Source: an uncultured Ruminococcus sp. (GTDB taxonomy: Bacteria > Bacillota > Clostridia > Oscillospirales > Acutalibacteraceae). From it: 64,000 nt of DNA. A program made the position numbers and the translations under genes. This document shows positions 1 through 8,489 of the stretch, in pieces; the first letter of the stretch is position 1; every line of letters begins with the position of its first letter. The notes beneath the pieces are model-generated. The model was not told the DNA's origin. It saw nothing but the letters and a program-made list of their open reading frames with translations, and searched no databases. The stretch is from NCBI GenBank assembly GCA_964629465.1, contig CAZVRE010000006.1:5615-69614 (forward strand). Reading direction: 5' to 3'.

Positions 1-1743
1 TTCCTCATCGCTCATTGCGTCAAGTTCCAAGCCTGTAACAGAGATATCCCCATCGTTGAAAATGCCGATTTGCTTTGCAATAGCAGTGGCAGTAATTTTG
101 TGGTCGCCTGTAATCATAATAGGCTTAATTCCTGCTCTTATAGCATCTGCTACTGCCTGCTTAGACTCAACTCTTGGTGGGTCTATCATAGATACCAAGC
201 CAAGGAAAGTAAAGTCACGTTCAGTTTCTACACTTAATTCTACATCACTGTTATTAAATGCAAATGTCAAAACTCTCAAACCATTCTCGGAGAACTTTCT
301 GTTTCTCTCAAGAATTGCTTTTTTGTCCTCATCTGTAATATCACGAACACCATTTGGAGTTACAATGCTTACGCAACGGTCAAGGATAACATCAAGAGCA
401 CCCTTTGTAAGTATATATGTTTCACCGTCAATAACAAACTTTGTACTCATCATCTTTCTATCAGAGTCAAATGGAACTTCCTCGATTCTTGCAATTTTAT
501 TACGCAAGGTGTTCTCGTTAAGTCCCATATGACGGTATGTTTCAATAAGTGCGTACTCTGTTGGATCACCAATTCCAACGCCGTCAACTATGCTTGAGTC
601 GTTGTTAAGCACCATATTGTATAGTAGCAACTTGTGGTTAGGGTTGTCTATGTTAAGTTGTTCCTCAAGCAATACTTCACCGTCAACATAAAGTTGCTGA
701 ACAGTCATCTTGTTCTGTGTTAATGTACCAGTTTTGTCGGAACAAATAACAGACACACAACCAAGGCTTTCAACTGCCTTAAGGTCCTTGATAACTGCGT
801 TTTCACGAGCCATTTTCTGTGTACCCATAGCCTGTACTATAGTTACAATGGAACTCAAGGCTTCTGGAATAGCGGCAACTGCTAATGCTACTGCAAACAA
901 TAAAGAGTCCATAATAATCTCGCTTGTTTTGAGCACTTCACTTGACCTTACAAAACCGTTAAATAGGCCCATACCAAACACTATGATACATATTGATATA
1001 ATGATTATAGCAAGTTTTTTTGAAAAAGCATCAAGACTTTCTTGTAATGGAGTTTTCTTTTCTTTGGCAGAATTCATAAGAGAAGCGATCTTGCCGATTT
1101 CAGTATTCATACCTGTTCCTGTAACTGCCACAAGTGCTCTGCCATAAGTAACAAGGCTACCAGAATACACCATATTTGTACGGTCACCAAGAGGTACTTC
1201 TCCCTCAATAACCTGCTCGTTTTTCTCTACGTTAGTTGACTCACCTGTCAGTGAACTCTCGTTTACCTGCAAAGAGTAGTTGTTGATAATTCTGCCATCT
1301 GCAACAACCAAATCACCTGCTTCAAGAACAACTATATCGCCCTCAACAATGTTTTTTGAAGGAATTTCAATCTTAACTCCGTCACGAATTACCTTTGCGT
1401 TTGGAGATGATAAAGACTTAAGGCTTTCAAGTGATTTTTCTGCCTTAATGTGCTGAACTGTACCCAAGATTGCATTTAAGATTATTACTGCGATAATTAC
1501 AATAGTACTCTCTACATTACCTGAAATCAAAGAGATAACTGCAGCAACAATCAAAATAATTACAAGCAAATCTGCAAACTGACTCAGGAACACTTGCAAG
1601 GCAGTTTTGCGTTTGCCTTCCTGAAGTACATTTTCACCGTTTTTCTCCAATATTTCCTTGGCTTTGTCAGAAGTCAAGCCTTCGCTTGTAACACCTAACT
1701 TTTCAAGGACCTTGTCTTTTGATAATTGATACCATTTTTCCAT
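1..1743 (-). CDS. P-type cation-transporting ATPase, P2 (Ca2+/Mn2+) type; N-terminal 581 codons, 3' end lies beyond the window start
   Basis: Absent from the ORF track because it has no stop codon in the window. Reverse translation from ATG 1743-1741 gives MEKWYQLSKDKVLEKLGVTSEGLTSDKAKEILEKNGENVLQEGKRKTAL. The phosphorylation motif ICSDKTGTLTQNKMTV is encoded at ~747-700 (Asp codon 738-736). GGAGG RBS at 1753-1749. Confidence 0.85.
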   Translation of the reverse strand, partial: MEKWYQLSKDKVLEKLGVTSEGLTSDKAKEILEKNGENVLQEGKRKTALQVFLSQFADLLVIILIVAAVISLISGNVESTIVIIAVIILNAILGTVQHIKAEKSLESLKSLSSPNAKVIRDGVKIEIPSKNIVEGDIVVLEAGDLVVADGRIINNYSLQVNESSLTGESTNVEKNEQVIEGEVPLGDRTNMVYSGSLVTYGRALVAVTGTGMNTEIGKIASLMNSAKEKKTPLQESLDAFSKKLAIIIISICIIVFGMGLFNGFVRSSEVLKTSEIIMDSLLFAVALAVAAIPEALSSIVTIVQAMGTQKMARENAVIKDLKAVESLGCVSVICSDKTGTLTQNKMTVQQLYVDGEVLLEEQLNIDNPNHKLLLYNMVLNNDSSIVDGVGIGDPTEYALIETYRHMGLNENTLRNKIARIEEVPFDSDRKMMSTKFVIDGETYILTKGALDVILDRCVSIVTPNGVRDITDEDKKAILERNRKFSENGLRVLTFAFNNSDVELSVETERDFTFLGLVSMIDPPRVESKQAVADAIRAGIKPIMITGDHKITATAIAKQIGIFNDGDISVTGLELDAMSDEE

Positions 1744-1765
1744 ATTTGCCTCCATATAAAAAACT

Positions 1766-3301
1766 CTACATTAAAGGTGAGAATATTCGCAGAACATCTT
1801 GGAATAATCTCATAAATATATTTGTCTTGCAGTCTTTTTGAGTGATTAACTGACACTCATCAAGAGTGTTTAGAAAATCATCTTTAACTTCTTCAACTGC
1901 TTCGCTTCCATACATCAATGCGCCACACTCAAAATGCAGATACAAACTCCTAAAATCCATATTGATTGTACCTACTGTAGCCACTTTATCGTCAGATACA
2001 AAAGTTTTGGAGTGTATAAACCCTCTTGAATATTCGTACACTTTAACCCCTGCGTTTATAAGTTCACGATAATAAGAACGAGTTGTCATATGAACTACCC
2101 ATTTATCCCACTTGTGAGGAGCAACAATTCGCACATCTACGCCACTTTTTGCTGTAAGGCACAACGCAGACACCATACTGTCATCAATAATCAAGTAAGG
2201 GGTATTTATATATAAATAGTTTTTAGCACCATTTATTATTTGCATATAAACATGCTCACCAACATCTTCCTTGTCCAAAGGACTATCACAATAAGGTTGA
2301 ACATAACCTTTTGAACTTATGGTACATTCCTCGTTTTTCCAAGGATAATATATGAGGTAATCTTCATCAAACCTTGTGCACAACTCCCACATCTGCAAAA
2401 ACATTAGAGTAAAACTCCAAGCCGCCTTACCTTCTATCATTACAGATGCGTCCTTCCAATGGCCGTGCTTTTCGTACTGGTTGATATATTCATCTGCAAG
2501 ATTTATGCCACCTGTAAATGCTACCTTGCCATCAATAACAAGAATTTTACGGTGGTCACGGTTGTTCTGCATTACTGTCAAAAACGGACGGAAAGGGTTG
2601 AATTTTTTGCATTCTATGCCGAATTTTGCCAACTGCTTGGGATAATCTTTAGGCAAAAGTAAGAAGCACCCCATATCGTCATAAATCATTCTAACCTTGA
2701 CGCCTTGCTTAACCTTTTCTTTTAGTATCTCAAGAATTGCGTCCCACATAACTCCTTCCTGAACAATAAAATATTCAAGGAATATGTATTTTTGTGCCTT
2801 GTTTAACTCCTCAATCAAATACTTAAATTTTTCCTCACCAGGTGTAAGGTATGTTGTTCTGCTGTTTTTATAAACAGGAAAGCCTGTGTGAGACTGCAAG
2901 TATCTTACTTGATGCAAATGCTCGGGTATATTTTCTTTAATTTCGGAGTCATCGCATTGGGATAATGTTACAACCTTGTTTGCCTTTTGAGTAAATCTAT
3001 TTACATCTTTTGCAAATCTGTTGGTAGCAGTCTGTAATCTAAGCAAAAGGTACAATGCGCCACCCAAAATTGGGAACAAAAGAATAAGGAAAACCCATAT
3101 CAATTTGTACGCACCTTTGTCATTTTGGGAAACAATATAAAGTATGGCAACAACACTCATTACTTTAAGTCCCCCATTTATTATTGTAGAAACCTGACTA
3201 CTACTCACTAACAGATACACAATGCAAGCTACTTGAGCAATCAACATCAGCGCCACAAAAATTCGTTGTCTAAACAATATGCGAAGCCACTTTTTGTTCA
3301 T
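1766..3301 (-). CDS. cls: Cardiolipin synthase (phospholipase D superfamily)
   Basis: 511 aa with N-terminal TM helices. Two HKD motifs are present: HRKILVIDGKVAFTGGINL and HSKTFVSDDKVATVGTINMD. RBS GGGGTGA lies upstream of the ATG. Confidence 0.9.
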   Translation of the reverse strand: MNKKWLRILFRQRIFVALMLIAQVACIVYLLVSSSQVSTIINGGLKVMSVVAILYIVSQNDKGAYKLIWVFLILLFPILGGALYLLLRLQTATNRFAKDVNRFTQKANKVVTLSQCDDSEIKENIPEHLHQVRYLQSHTGFPVYKNSRTTYLTPGEEKFKYLIEELNKAQKYIFLEYFIVQEGVMWDAILEILKEKVKQGVKVRMIYDDMGCFLLLPKDYPKQLAKFGIECKKFNPFRPFLTVMQNNRDHRKILVIDGKVAFTGGINLADEYINQYEKHGHWKDASVMIEGKAAWSFTLMFLQMWELCTRFDEDYLIYYPWKNEECTISSKGYVQPYCDSPLDKEDVGEHVYMQIINGAKNYLYINTPYLIIDDSMVSALCLTAKSGVDVRIVAPHKWDKWVVHMTTRSYYRELINAGVKVYEYSRGFIHSKTFVSDDKVATVGTINMDFRSLYLHFECGALMYGSEAVEEVKDDFLNTLDECQLITQKDCKTNIFMRLFQDVLRIFSPLM

Positions 3302-3333
3302 ACTTCACCCCTGTTTGATTTATCCAATAAAAT

Positions 3334-3385
3334 AAAAAAAGACCTTTATTGTAAAATCCCACTGGAATTCCACAATAAAAGTCTC
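3334..3385 (-). terminator. Intrinsic terminator forming the expression platform of the riboswitch leader
   Basis: On the minus strand GACUUUUAUUGU pairs with ACAAUAAAGGUC across a ~20-nt loop and is followed by U7 (3340-3334). The 5' arm overlaps the 3' strand of the putative aptamer P1. Confidence 0.5.
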
Positions 3386-3472
3386 GCTCTTTAAGATATC
3401 ACCGATACCGACCAACCGGTATGTGTACTGACGAATGATACCACAGATTATCTGCGAACTACTCCCCTTTAT
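3377..3472 (-). promoter_or_regulatory. yybP-ykoY (Mn2+) riboswitch-like aptamer
   Basis: The minus strand reads AAAGGGGAGUAG (3470-3459), then hairpin CGCAGA/UCUGUG, then UAUCA...ACAUACCG-GUUGGU-CGGUAU...UGAUA, then AGCGAGACUUUU (3389-3377). These match the conserved blocks I recall for the yybP-ykoY family. No covariance-model search was run. Confidence 0.6.
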
Positions 3473-3479
3473 TGATTTG

Positions 3480-3508
3480 ATTTTAACAAACTTGTGCCAA
3501 AATGTCAA
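3480..3508 (-). promoter_or_regulatory. Sigma-A type promoter for the riboswitch-cls-ATPase transcript
   Basis: On the minus strand: TTGACA (3508-3503), 17-nt spacer, TAAAAT (3485-3480). Confidence 0.5.
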
Positions 3509-3580
3509 TAGTTATTTATAACCCCATATAAACACAAAAACACTTCCAAAGAAGTGTTTTGTGTAAAAAGAGGGGTATTT

Positions 3581-3673
3581 ATGAAAAAAGAAAATATCAA
3601 ATTGACTGTCCATATAATAAGCAATAAATGTGACAAACAAATGAATATTTATAAAACATTACACGAAAATTGA
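3581..3673 (+). CDS. Candidate 30-aa micro-ORF (MKKENIKLTVHIISNKCDKQMNIYKTLHEN)
   Basis: ATG preceded by AAGAGGGG at good spacing. No homology was recognised, and it could be a chance ORF. Confidence 0.2.
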   Translation: MKKENIKLTVHIISNKCDKQMNIYKTLHEN

Positions 3674-3786
3674 TTATGATAGAAATGTGAAGATTTGCTG
3701 AATTTTAATCAATTATTATTGACTTTTACTTTTGCAAGGCTATAATATTCTAAAAGTTACAATAATTTTATAAGGAGGACTCTAAT

Positions 3787-4389
3787 ATGATTAAACAAAC
3801 TTTTTATAACCTTCCTAAAGAAAAACGCGAAAAAATTATTGACGTAACAATCAAAGAATTCCAAAAAGGTAAAAAGCAGAAAATCACTATAAATAATGTT
3901 ATTAAAGAAGCAGGTATTTCACGAGGCAGTTTTTATCAATATTTTGATGATAAACTGGACTTAGTGGAAGTTGTGGTTGACGATATGCTCAACAAAATGG
4001 AAGCCTATATTGAGCAACAACTTATAGAAAACAACGGCGATATTTTTGATGTATTTATTAATATTTTCGACATAATTACTCTATCAAACCCTAATGCCAA
4101 AACCTTAATAAATGTGGATATGGACGAAAATCAAAACAAACAACTCATAAGCGAATATATGCAGTACAGAAACCAAAAATACAAGCCTTTCCTAAAAATC
4201 ATAGATTACATAGATACTACCAACTTCAAAAAGACTGATGATGAAAGTATTGGATGTGTAGTCACATTATTATTTGATTTAATGAAAAGTTGCATTTCCT
4301 CAGTAAATAAGAAAATCCACACCGTTGAAGAAGAAAGACGCATCTTAATAAATAAAATCGATATCATCAAAACCGGCGCATTGGCTTAA
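3787..4389 (+). CDS. TetR/AcrR family transcriptional regulator
   Basis: 200 aa. N-terminal HTH signature TINNVIKEAGISRGSFYQYFDDKLDL. RBS AAGGAGGA upstream. Confidence 0.85.
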   Translation: MIKQTFYNLPKEKREKIIDVTIKEFQKGKKQKITINNVIKEAGISRGSFYQYFDDKLDLVEVVVDDMLNKMEAYIEQQLIENNGDIFDVFINIFDIITLSNPNAKTLINVDMDENQNKQLISEYMQYRNQKYKPFLKIIDYIDTTNFKKTDDESIGCVVTLLFDLMKSCISSVNKKIHTVEEERRILINKIDIIKTGALA

Positions 4390-4442
4390 CAAGAATATTC
4401 AATACAAATTTTGCTTATAATAACATCAAAGGAGTATGTATT

Positions 4443-4541
4443 ATGAGCGCAAGTTTTGTAATTAGCACACTTGTTGGCATTGCCATAGGTGTTGTAGTTA
4501 TGTGTATGTTTACCGTAGCATCACATAGCGACAAAAAATAA
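4443..4541 (+). CDS. Candidate 32-aa hydrophobic micropeptide (MSASFVISTLVGIAIGVVVMCMFTVASHSDKK)
   Basis: AAAGGAG RBS 8 nt upstream of the ATG. One predicted TM helix plus a charged C-terminus. A strong terminator follows immediately. Confidence 0.35.
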   Translation: MSASFVISTLVGIAIGVVVMCMFTVASHSDKK

Positions 4542-4543
4542 TT

Positions 4544-4576
4544 AAAAACCGCTATACTCAAGGTATAGCGGTTTTA
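4544..4576. terminator. Bidirectional intrinsic terminator
   Basis: 10-bp stem ACCGCTATAC/GTATAGCGGT with a 5-nt loop, flanked by an A-run and a T-run. It lies between convergent genes. Confidence 0.65.
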
Positions 4577-4580
4577 TTAT

Positions 4581-6413
4581 TTATTCAACTGTAACTGACT
4601 TTGCAAGGTTACGAGGTTGGTCAGGGTCGTTACCCTTATTGATAGATGTGTAATATGCCAAAATCTGTAGTGGAACTACTGCAGTAATAGGCATCAACAA
4701 GTCATTGTTGTCAGGAATAATAATCTTGTAATCTGCTACATCTGACTTTAATTTGTTTGCACAAACATCAGTACAAACAAGAATAACTTTTGCGCCACGA
4801 GATTTAACCTCTACAACGTTAGAAATCGTCTTTTCTATTAAATCAGTTTGTGTTGCAACTGCAATTACAGGCATACCGTCAGTAATTAGTGAGATAGTGC
4901 CGTGCTTCAATTCACCTGCAGCATAAGATTCGGAGTGGATGTAAGAAATTTCTTTCAACTTCAAAGAACCTTCCATTGACAAAGCATAGTCAAGGCCACG
5001 ACCGATGTATAGCAAACTTTCTGCAGTAATCAGTTTGGAGCCAATGTACTGACAAATCTCATCAACATTTTCAATAATGTGCTGAACTTTGTCAGGTGTT
5101 TCCTGCAAATCTTCAACTAACTTTCTGCATTCGTCCTCTGTAATTATCCCTTTTGCAAGAGCAAGTTGGAACGCAAATAAATACATAACAGAAATCTGTG
5201 TAATATATGCCTTTGTTGATGCAACGGCAATTTCAGGACCTGCAAGAGTATAGACAACCATATCTGCCTCTCTTGCTATTGAACTACCCTTTGCGTTAAC
5301 AATCGCAAGCACTTTTGCACCCTTTTCTTTTGCAAGTCTCAGTGCTGCCAATGAGTCAGCAGTTTCGCCTGACTGAGAAATAACAATTACCAAATCACCT
5401 TCGCCGATAATTGGATCTCTGTAACGGAATTCAGACGCAATATCAACATCAACAGGTACTCTTGCCAATTTTTCGATAACATACTTGCCAACTACGCCTG
5501 CGTGCATAGCAGTACCACAAGCAACAATCTTAATTGACTTAAAGTCCTTAATCATATCATTGGTAATACCACACTCATCAAGGCAAGGCAAACCGTTCTT
5601 AATACGAGGAGCAACTGTTGTTTTGATAGCGGTTGGCTGCTCGTTGATTTCCTTAATCATAAAGTGAGGATATCCACCTTTTTCTGCTGCTTCCATATCC
5701 CAGTCAGCAGTCTTCATTTCCTTTTCAATAGAATTTAAGTGACTGTCAACAAATGTAACTCCGTCGTGTGTTAATGTAGCAATTTCATCGTGCTCTAACA
5801 AATAATAATCTTTGGTGTACTGCAAAATAGCAGGAACGTCAGAAGCAATAAAACACTCATTTTCTGCTACACCTACAATTAGCGGGCTCTCACGACGCAC
5901 AGCATAAACTCTGTCAGGATAATCTCTGAACATAATTCCCAAAGCAAACGAACCTGTAACTTCGCCCATTACTCGGTCGATAGTTTCCATTGGGTCGCCG
6001 TGATAGTAATAATCAAGCAACTGAGCAACAACCTCTGTGTCAGTTTCTGACAAGAAAGTTCTGCCCTTCTTTATTAAAAATTCTTTTAATTCTTGGTAAT
6101 TTTCAATAATACCGTTATGTACGATAGTAACTCTTGCACCACTGTGAGGATGTGAGTTTACATCAGAAGGCTCACCGTGTGTAGCCCAACGTGTATGACC
6201 AATACCAATGTGGCCCTCAGGCTTACCAACAGTCTTCAACTTGTTTCTTAAGTTATCAAGTTTACCTTCAGTTTTAACAGTAACAATATCATTATTTTCA
6301 TCAAACACCGCAATACCTGCTGAATCATAGCCACGATATTCCAGTTTTGTTAAAGCACTTACAAGCACTTCACTACAATCTTTAGGCCCTACATAACCTA
6401 CTATTCCGCACAT
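4581..6413 (-). CDS. glmS: Glutamine--fructose-6-phosphate aminotransferase (isomerizing)
   Basis: 610 aa. N-terminal MCGIVGYVG with the nucleophile Cys, two SIS domains, and a C-terminal ...AKSVTVE. Confidence 0.95.
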   Translation of the reverse strand: MCGIVGYVGPKDCSEVLVSALTKLEYRGYDSAGIAVFDENNDIVTVKTEGKLDNLRNKLKTVGKPEGHIGIGHTRWATHGEPSDVNSHPHSGARVTIVHNGIIENYQELKEFLIKKGRTFLSETDTEVVAQLLDYYYHGDPMETIDRVMGEVTGSFALGIMFRDYPDRVYAVRRESPLIVGVAENECFIASDVPAILQYTKDYYLLEHDEIATLTHDGVTFVDSHLNSIEKEMKTADWDMEAAEKGGYPHFMIKEINEQPTAIKTTVAPRIKNGLPCLDECGITNDMIKDFKSIKIVACGTAMHAGVVGKYVIEKLARVPVDVDIASEFRYRDPIIGEGDLVIVISQSGETADSLAALRLAKEKGAKVLAIVNAKGSSIAREADMVVYTLAGPEIAVASTKAYITQISVMYLFAFQLALAKGIITEDECRKLVEDLQETPDKVQHIIENVDEICQYIGSKLITAESLLYIGRGLDYALSMEGSLKLKEISYIHSESYAAGELKHGTISLITDGMPVIAVATQTDLIEKTISNVVEVKSRGAKVILVCTDVCANKLKSDVADYKIIIPDNNDLLMPITAVVPLQILAYYTSINKGNDPDQPRNLAKSVTVE

Positions 6414-6427
6414 AATAATCCTCCCAA

Positions 6428-8305
6428 TTATGAATTCGATGCGTGATTAAATGTCGGTACAATTTGCGCTAACATTTCAACAATCTTATCGCTTTCGTTT
6501 GCATCAGCATATTCTTGAATTTTCTCAAGTTTTGCAAGCAAATCTCCAGCGTCAATATCAATCTGGTTACCAATAAAAATCTTTTTGTTAGAAGTTTCCT
6601 TAAGACCTTCTTCGTCCATAAGCAATTCTTCAAACAATTTTTCGCCAGGTCTAAGTCCTGTAAATTTAATCTCTACATCTTTATACGGAACTTTGCCGTA
6701 CATACGGATAAGGTTTTCTGCCAATGTAGTAATCTTTACAGGTGCACCCATATCAAGTACAAATATCTCGCCACCATTTGCCATAGATCCTGCCTCAAGA
6801 ACAAGAGAAACAGCCTCAGGAATAGTCATAAAATATCTGATAATATCAGGGTGTGTAACAGTTACAGGCTTACCACTTTCTATCTGGCGACGGAACAGTG
6901 GAATAACCGAACCGTTTGAGCCCAACACGTTACCAAATCTTGTTGTAACAAATTCAGTATGGGTACTGTGCTGTGCTTTGTATTGAATAATCATCTCACA
7001 AACTCGCTTAGTGCACCCCATTACGTTAGTTGGGTTTACAGCTTTGTCTGTAGAAATCATTACGAACTTGTCTGCATTATAAAATTCTGCCAACGTTGCC
7101 ACATTAAATGTGCCAAAAATATTGTTCTTAACTGCTTCTTCAGGCACTGTTTCCATAAGAGGAACGTGCTTGTGAGCAGCAGCGTGGAACACGATGTTAG
7201 GTCTGTACTTCTTAAAGATTACATCCATCTTGTTGTAATCTCGAACAGATGAAATCAATGTAACAAGATTCAAGTCAGTTCCGTGCTCCAAAATCAATTC
7301 CTGTTGTAAATCATATGCGTTATTCTCATAAATATCTACAACAATTATTTGCTTTGGATTATAACATGCTATCTGGCGCACAAGTTCAGAACCAATAGAA
7401 CCACCACCACCAGTTACCATACAAACCTTGCCTGATATAAACTTTTCGACTTCTTCTTTATCAAAAGAAATAGGCTCACGTCCAAGCAAATCTTCAATTT
7501 TAATATCAGCAACCTGAGAGATAAGTTGAGTATGTTCCTCATCAAATAAAAGGTTGCCCAAATAAGGAATAACCTTTATTTTACAATCAGTTTTGGAGCA
7601 AATATCTAAAATTCTGCGACGATTTTCCTCGCTACAAGAAGGAATCGCAAACAAAATCTGCTTAATTTTGAAAGCCTCAACAACGCCAGGAATATCCTCA
7701 GTTGTTCCAAGAACTTTCATACCATTTACACGAGTATGAATTTTGGTAGTATCATCATCAACCAAACCTACAGGCTCAATATTGTGCCAAGGGTTATAAG
7801 CATCGTACTTTGAATTTTCAAGTTCGGACAAAATCATACTTGCTGCACGACCAGCGCCTACAATAAGTGTGCGCTGAATATCCATATCCTGACCTGCTTC
7901 AATTAAATTAAGAAATGCTTTTCTAAAGAAAAATCTAAAAGCAATTACACCCAATGTAGATATAACAAAATCTAAAACAAAGAACCAGAATATTGTATTA
8001 ATTTTGCCGTAAGCAACTACAAAAATTACTGCTGACATAAAAAATCCTATGAACATACCAAAAGCACAAGTAACATAGTCAGAAATCTTGAAGTAGCGCC
8101 ATAATTTAGCATAGGAACCAACAGAATACTGCACTAACAAGCACATAATAATATTAAGTCCCATAATATAGAGCACCGCATTAGGTCCCTGTGTATATTT
8201 TACATTTATAAATTGCAGTGAGTATTGCGTAATTAACGTACTCAACGCAATAATTACTGCATCAGCAATTGCCAATAGAACTTTTCTGATGTTAATTTTT
8301 TTCAT
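6428..8305 (-). CDS. Membrane-anchored CapD/PglF/EpsC-like nucleotide-sugar 4,6-dehydratase (polysaccharide biosynthesis protein)
   Basis: N-terminal TM helices and two Rossmann motifs (VGAGRAAS and VTGGGGSIGSEL). I place the start at the internal ATG 8305 (MKKINIRKV) with an AGGGA-like RBS. The track ORF extends to 8392. Confidence 0.85.
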   Translation of the reverse strand: MKKINIRKVLLAIADAVIIALSTLITQYSLQFINVKYTQGPNAVLYIMGLNIIMCLLVQYSVGSYAKLWRYFKISDYVTCAFGMFIGFFMSAVIFVVAYGKINTIFWFFVLDFVISTLGVIAFRFFFRKAFLNLIEAGQDMDIQRTLIVGAGRAASMILSELENSKYDAYNPWHNIEPVGLVDDDTTKIHTRVNGMKVLGTTEDIPGVVEAFKIKQILFAIPSCSEENRRRILDICSKTDCKIKVIPYLGNLLFDEEHTQLISQVADIKIEDLLGREPISFDKEEVEKFISGKVCMVTGGGGSIGSELVRQIACYNPKQIIVVDIYENNAYDLQQELILEHGTDLNLVTLISSVRDYNKMDVIFKKYRPNIVFHAAAHKHVPLMETVPEEAVKNNIFGTFNVATLAEFYNADKFVMISTDKAVNPTNVMGCTKRVCEMIIQYKAQHSTHTEFVTTRFGNVLGSNGSVIPLFRRQIESGKPVTVTHPDIIRYFMTIPEAVSLVLEAGSMANGGEIFVLDMGAPVKITTLAENLIRMYGKVPYKDVEIKFTGLRPGEKLFEELLMDEEGLKETSNKKIFIGNQIDIDAGDLLAKLEKIQEYADANESDKIVEMLAQIVPTFNHASNS

Positions 8306-8373
8306 ACAATCCCTGCCTTTTAAAAAGACTTTCGCACTTATACAACTATACATAATAATTATATGACAAATAA

Positions 8374-8398
8374 GGTGCAATGTCAATGACATTGCACC
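8374..8398 (-). terminator. Hairpin downstream of glf (possible terminator separating glf from the capD-glmS unit)
   Basis: Perfect 11-bp stem GGTGCAATGTC/GACATTGCACC with a 3-nt loop. On the minus strand it is followed by TTATTTGTC, which is only moderately U-rich. Confidence 0.4.
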
Positions 8399-8489
8399 CT
8401 TTAATCTGTTTGCAAACTAACCAAAAAAACATCACTTGTATTGGCTAATTTGATGTTTTAATTTAATTTAAAATATTTTTTAGTGTTTA

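Noticed and set aside
56-1147. Plus-strand ORFs of 158 aa and 145 aa at the window start
   Set aside because: They are antisense to a clearly recognisable P-type ATPase reading frame (DKTGTLT motif). Their low-complexity, hydrophobic translations are typical of the opposite strand of a membrane protein gene.
3320-3508. 62-aa minus-strand ORF upstream of cls
   Set aside because: It coincides exactly with the promoter, riboswitch-like aptamer and terminator. It has no RBS, and its sequence is better explained as structured RNA.
6414-6427. Looked for a glmS ribozyme upstream of glmS
   Set aside because: Only 14 nt separate glmS from the preceding gene, so there is physically no room. This is recorded as a finding about absence rather than as a feature.
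8306-8392. N-terminal extensions of track ORFs, here and at 11181-11291, 41759-41818, 47509-47529, 49556-49582, 52252-52266 and 61659-61685
   Set aside because: Internal starts have much better Shine-Dalgarno sequences, give family-typical N-termini, and avoid overlap with upstream genes.
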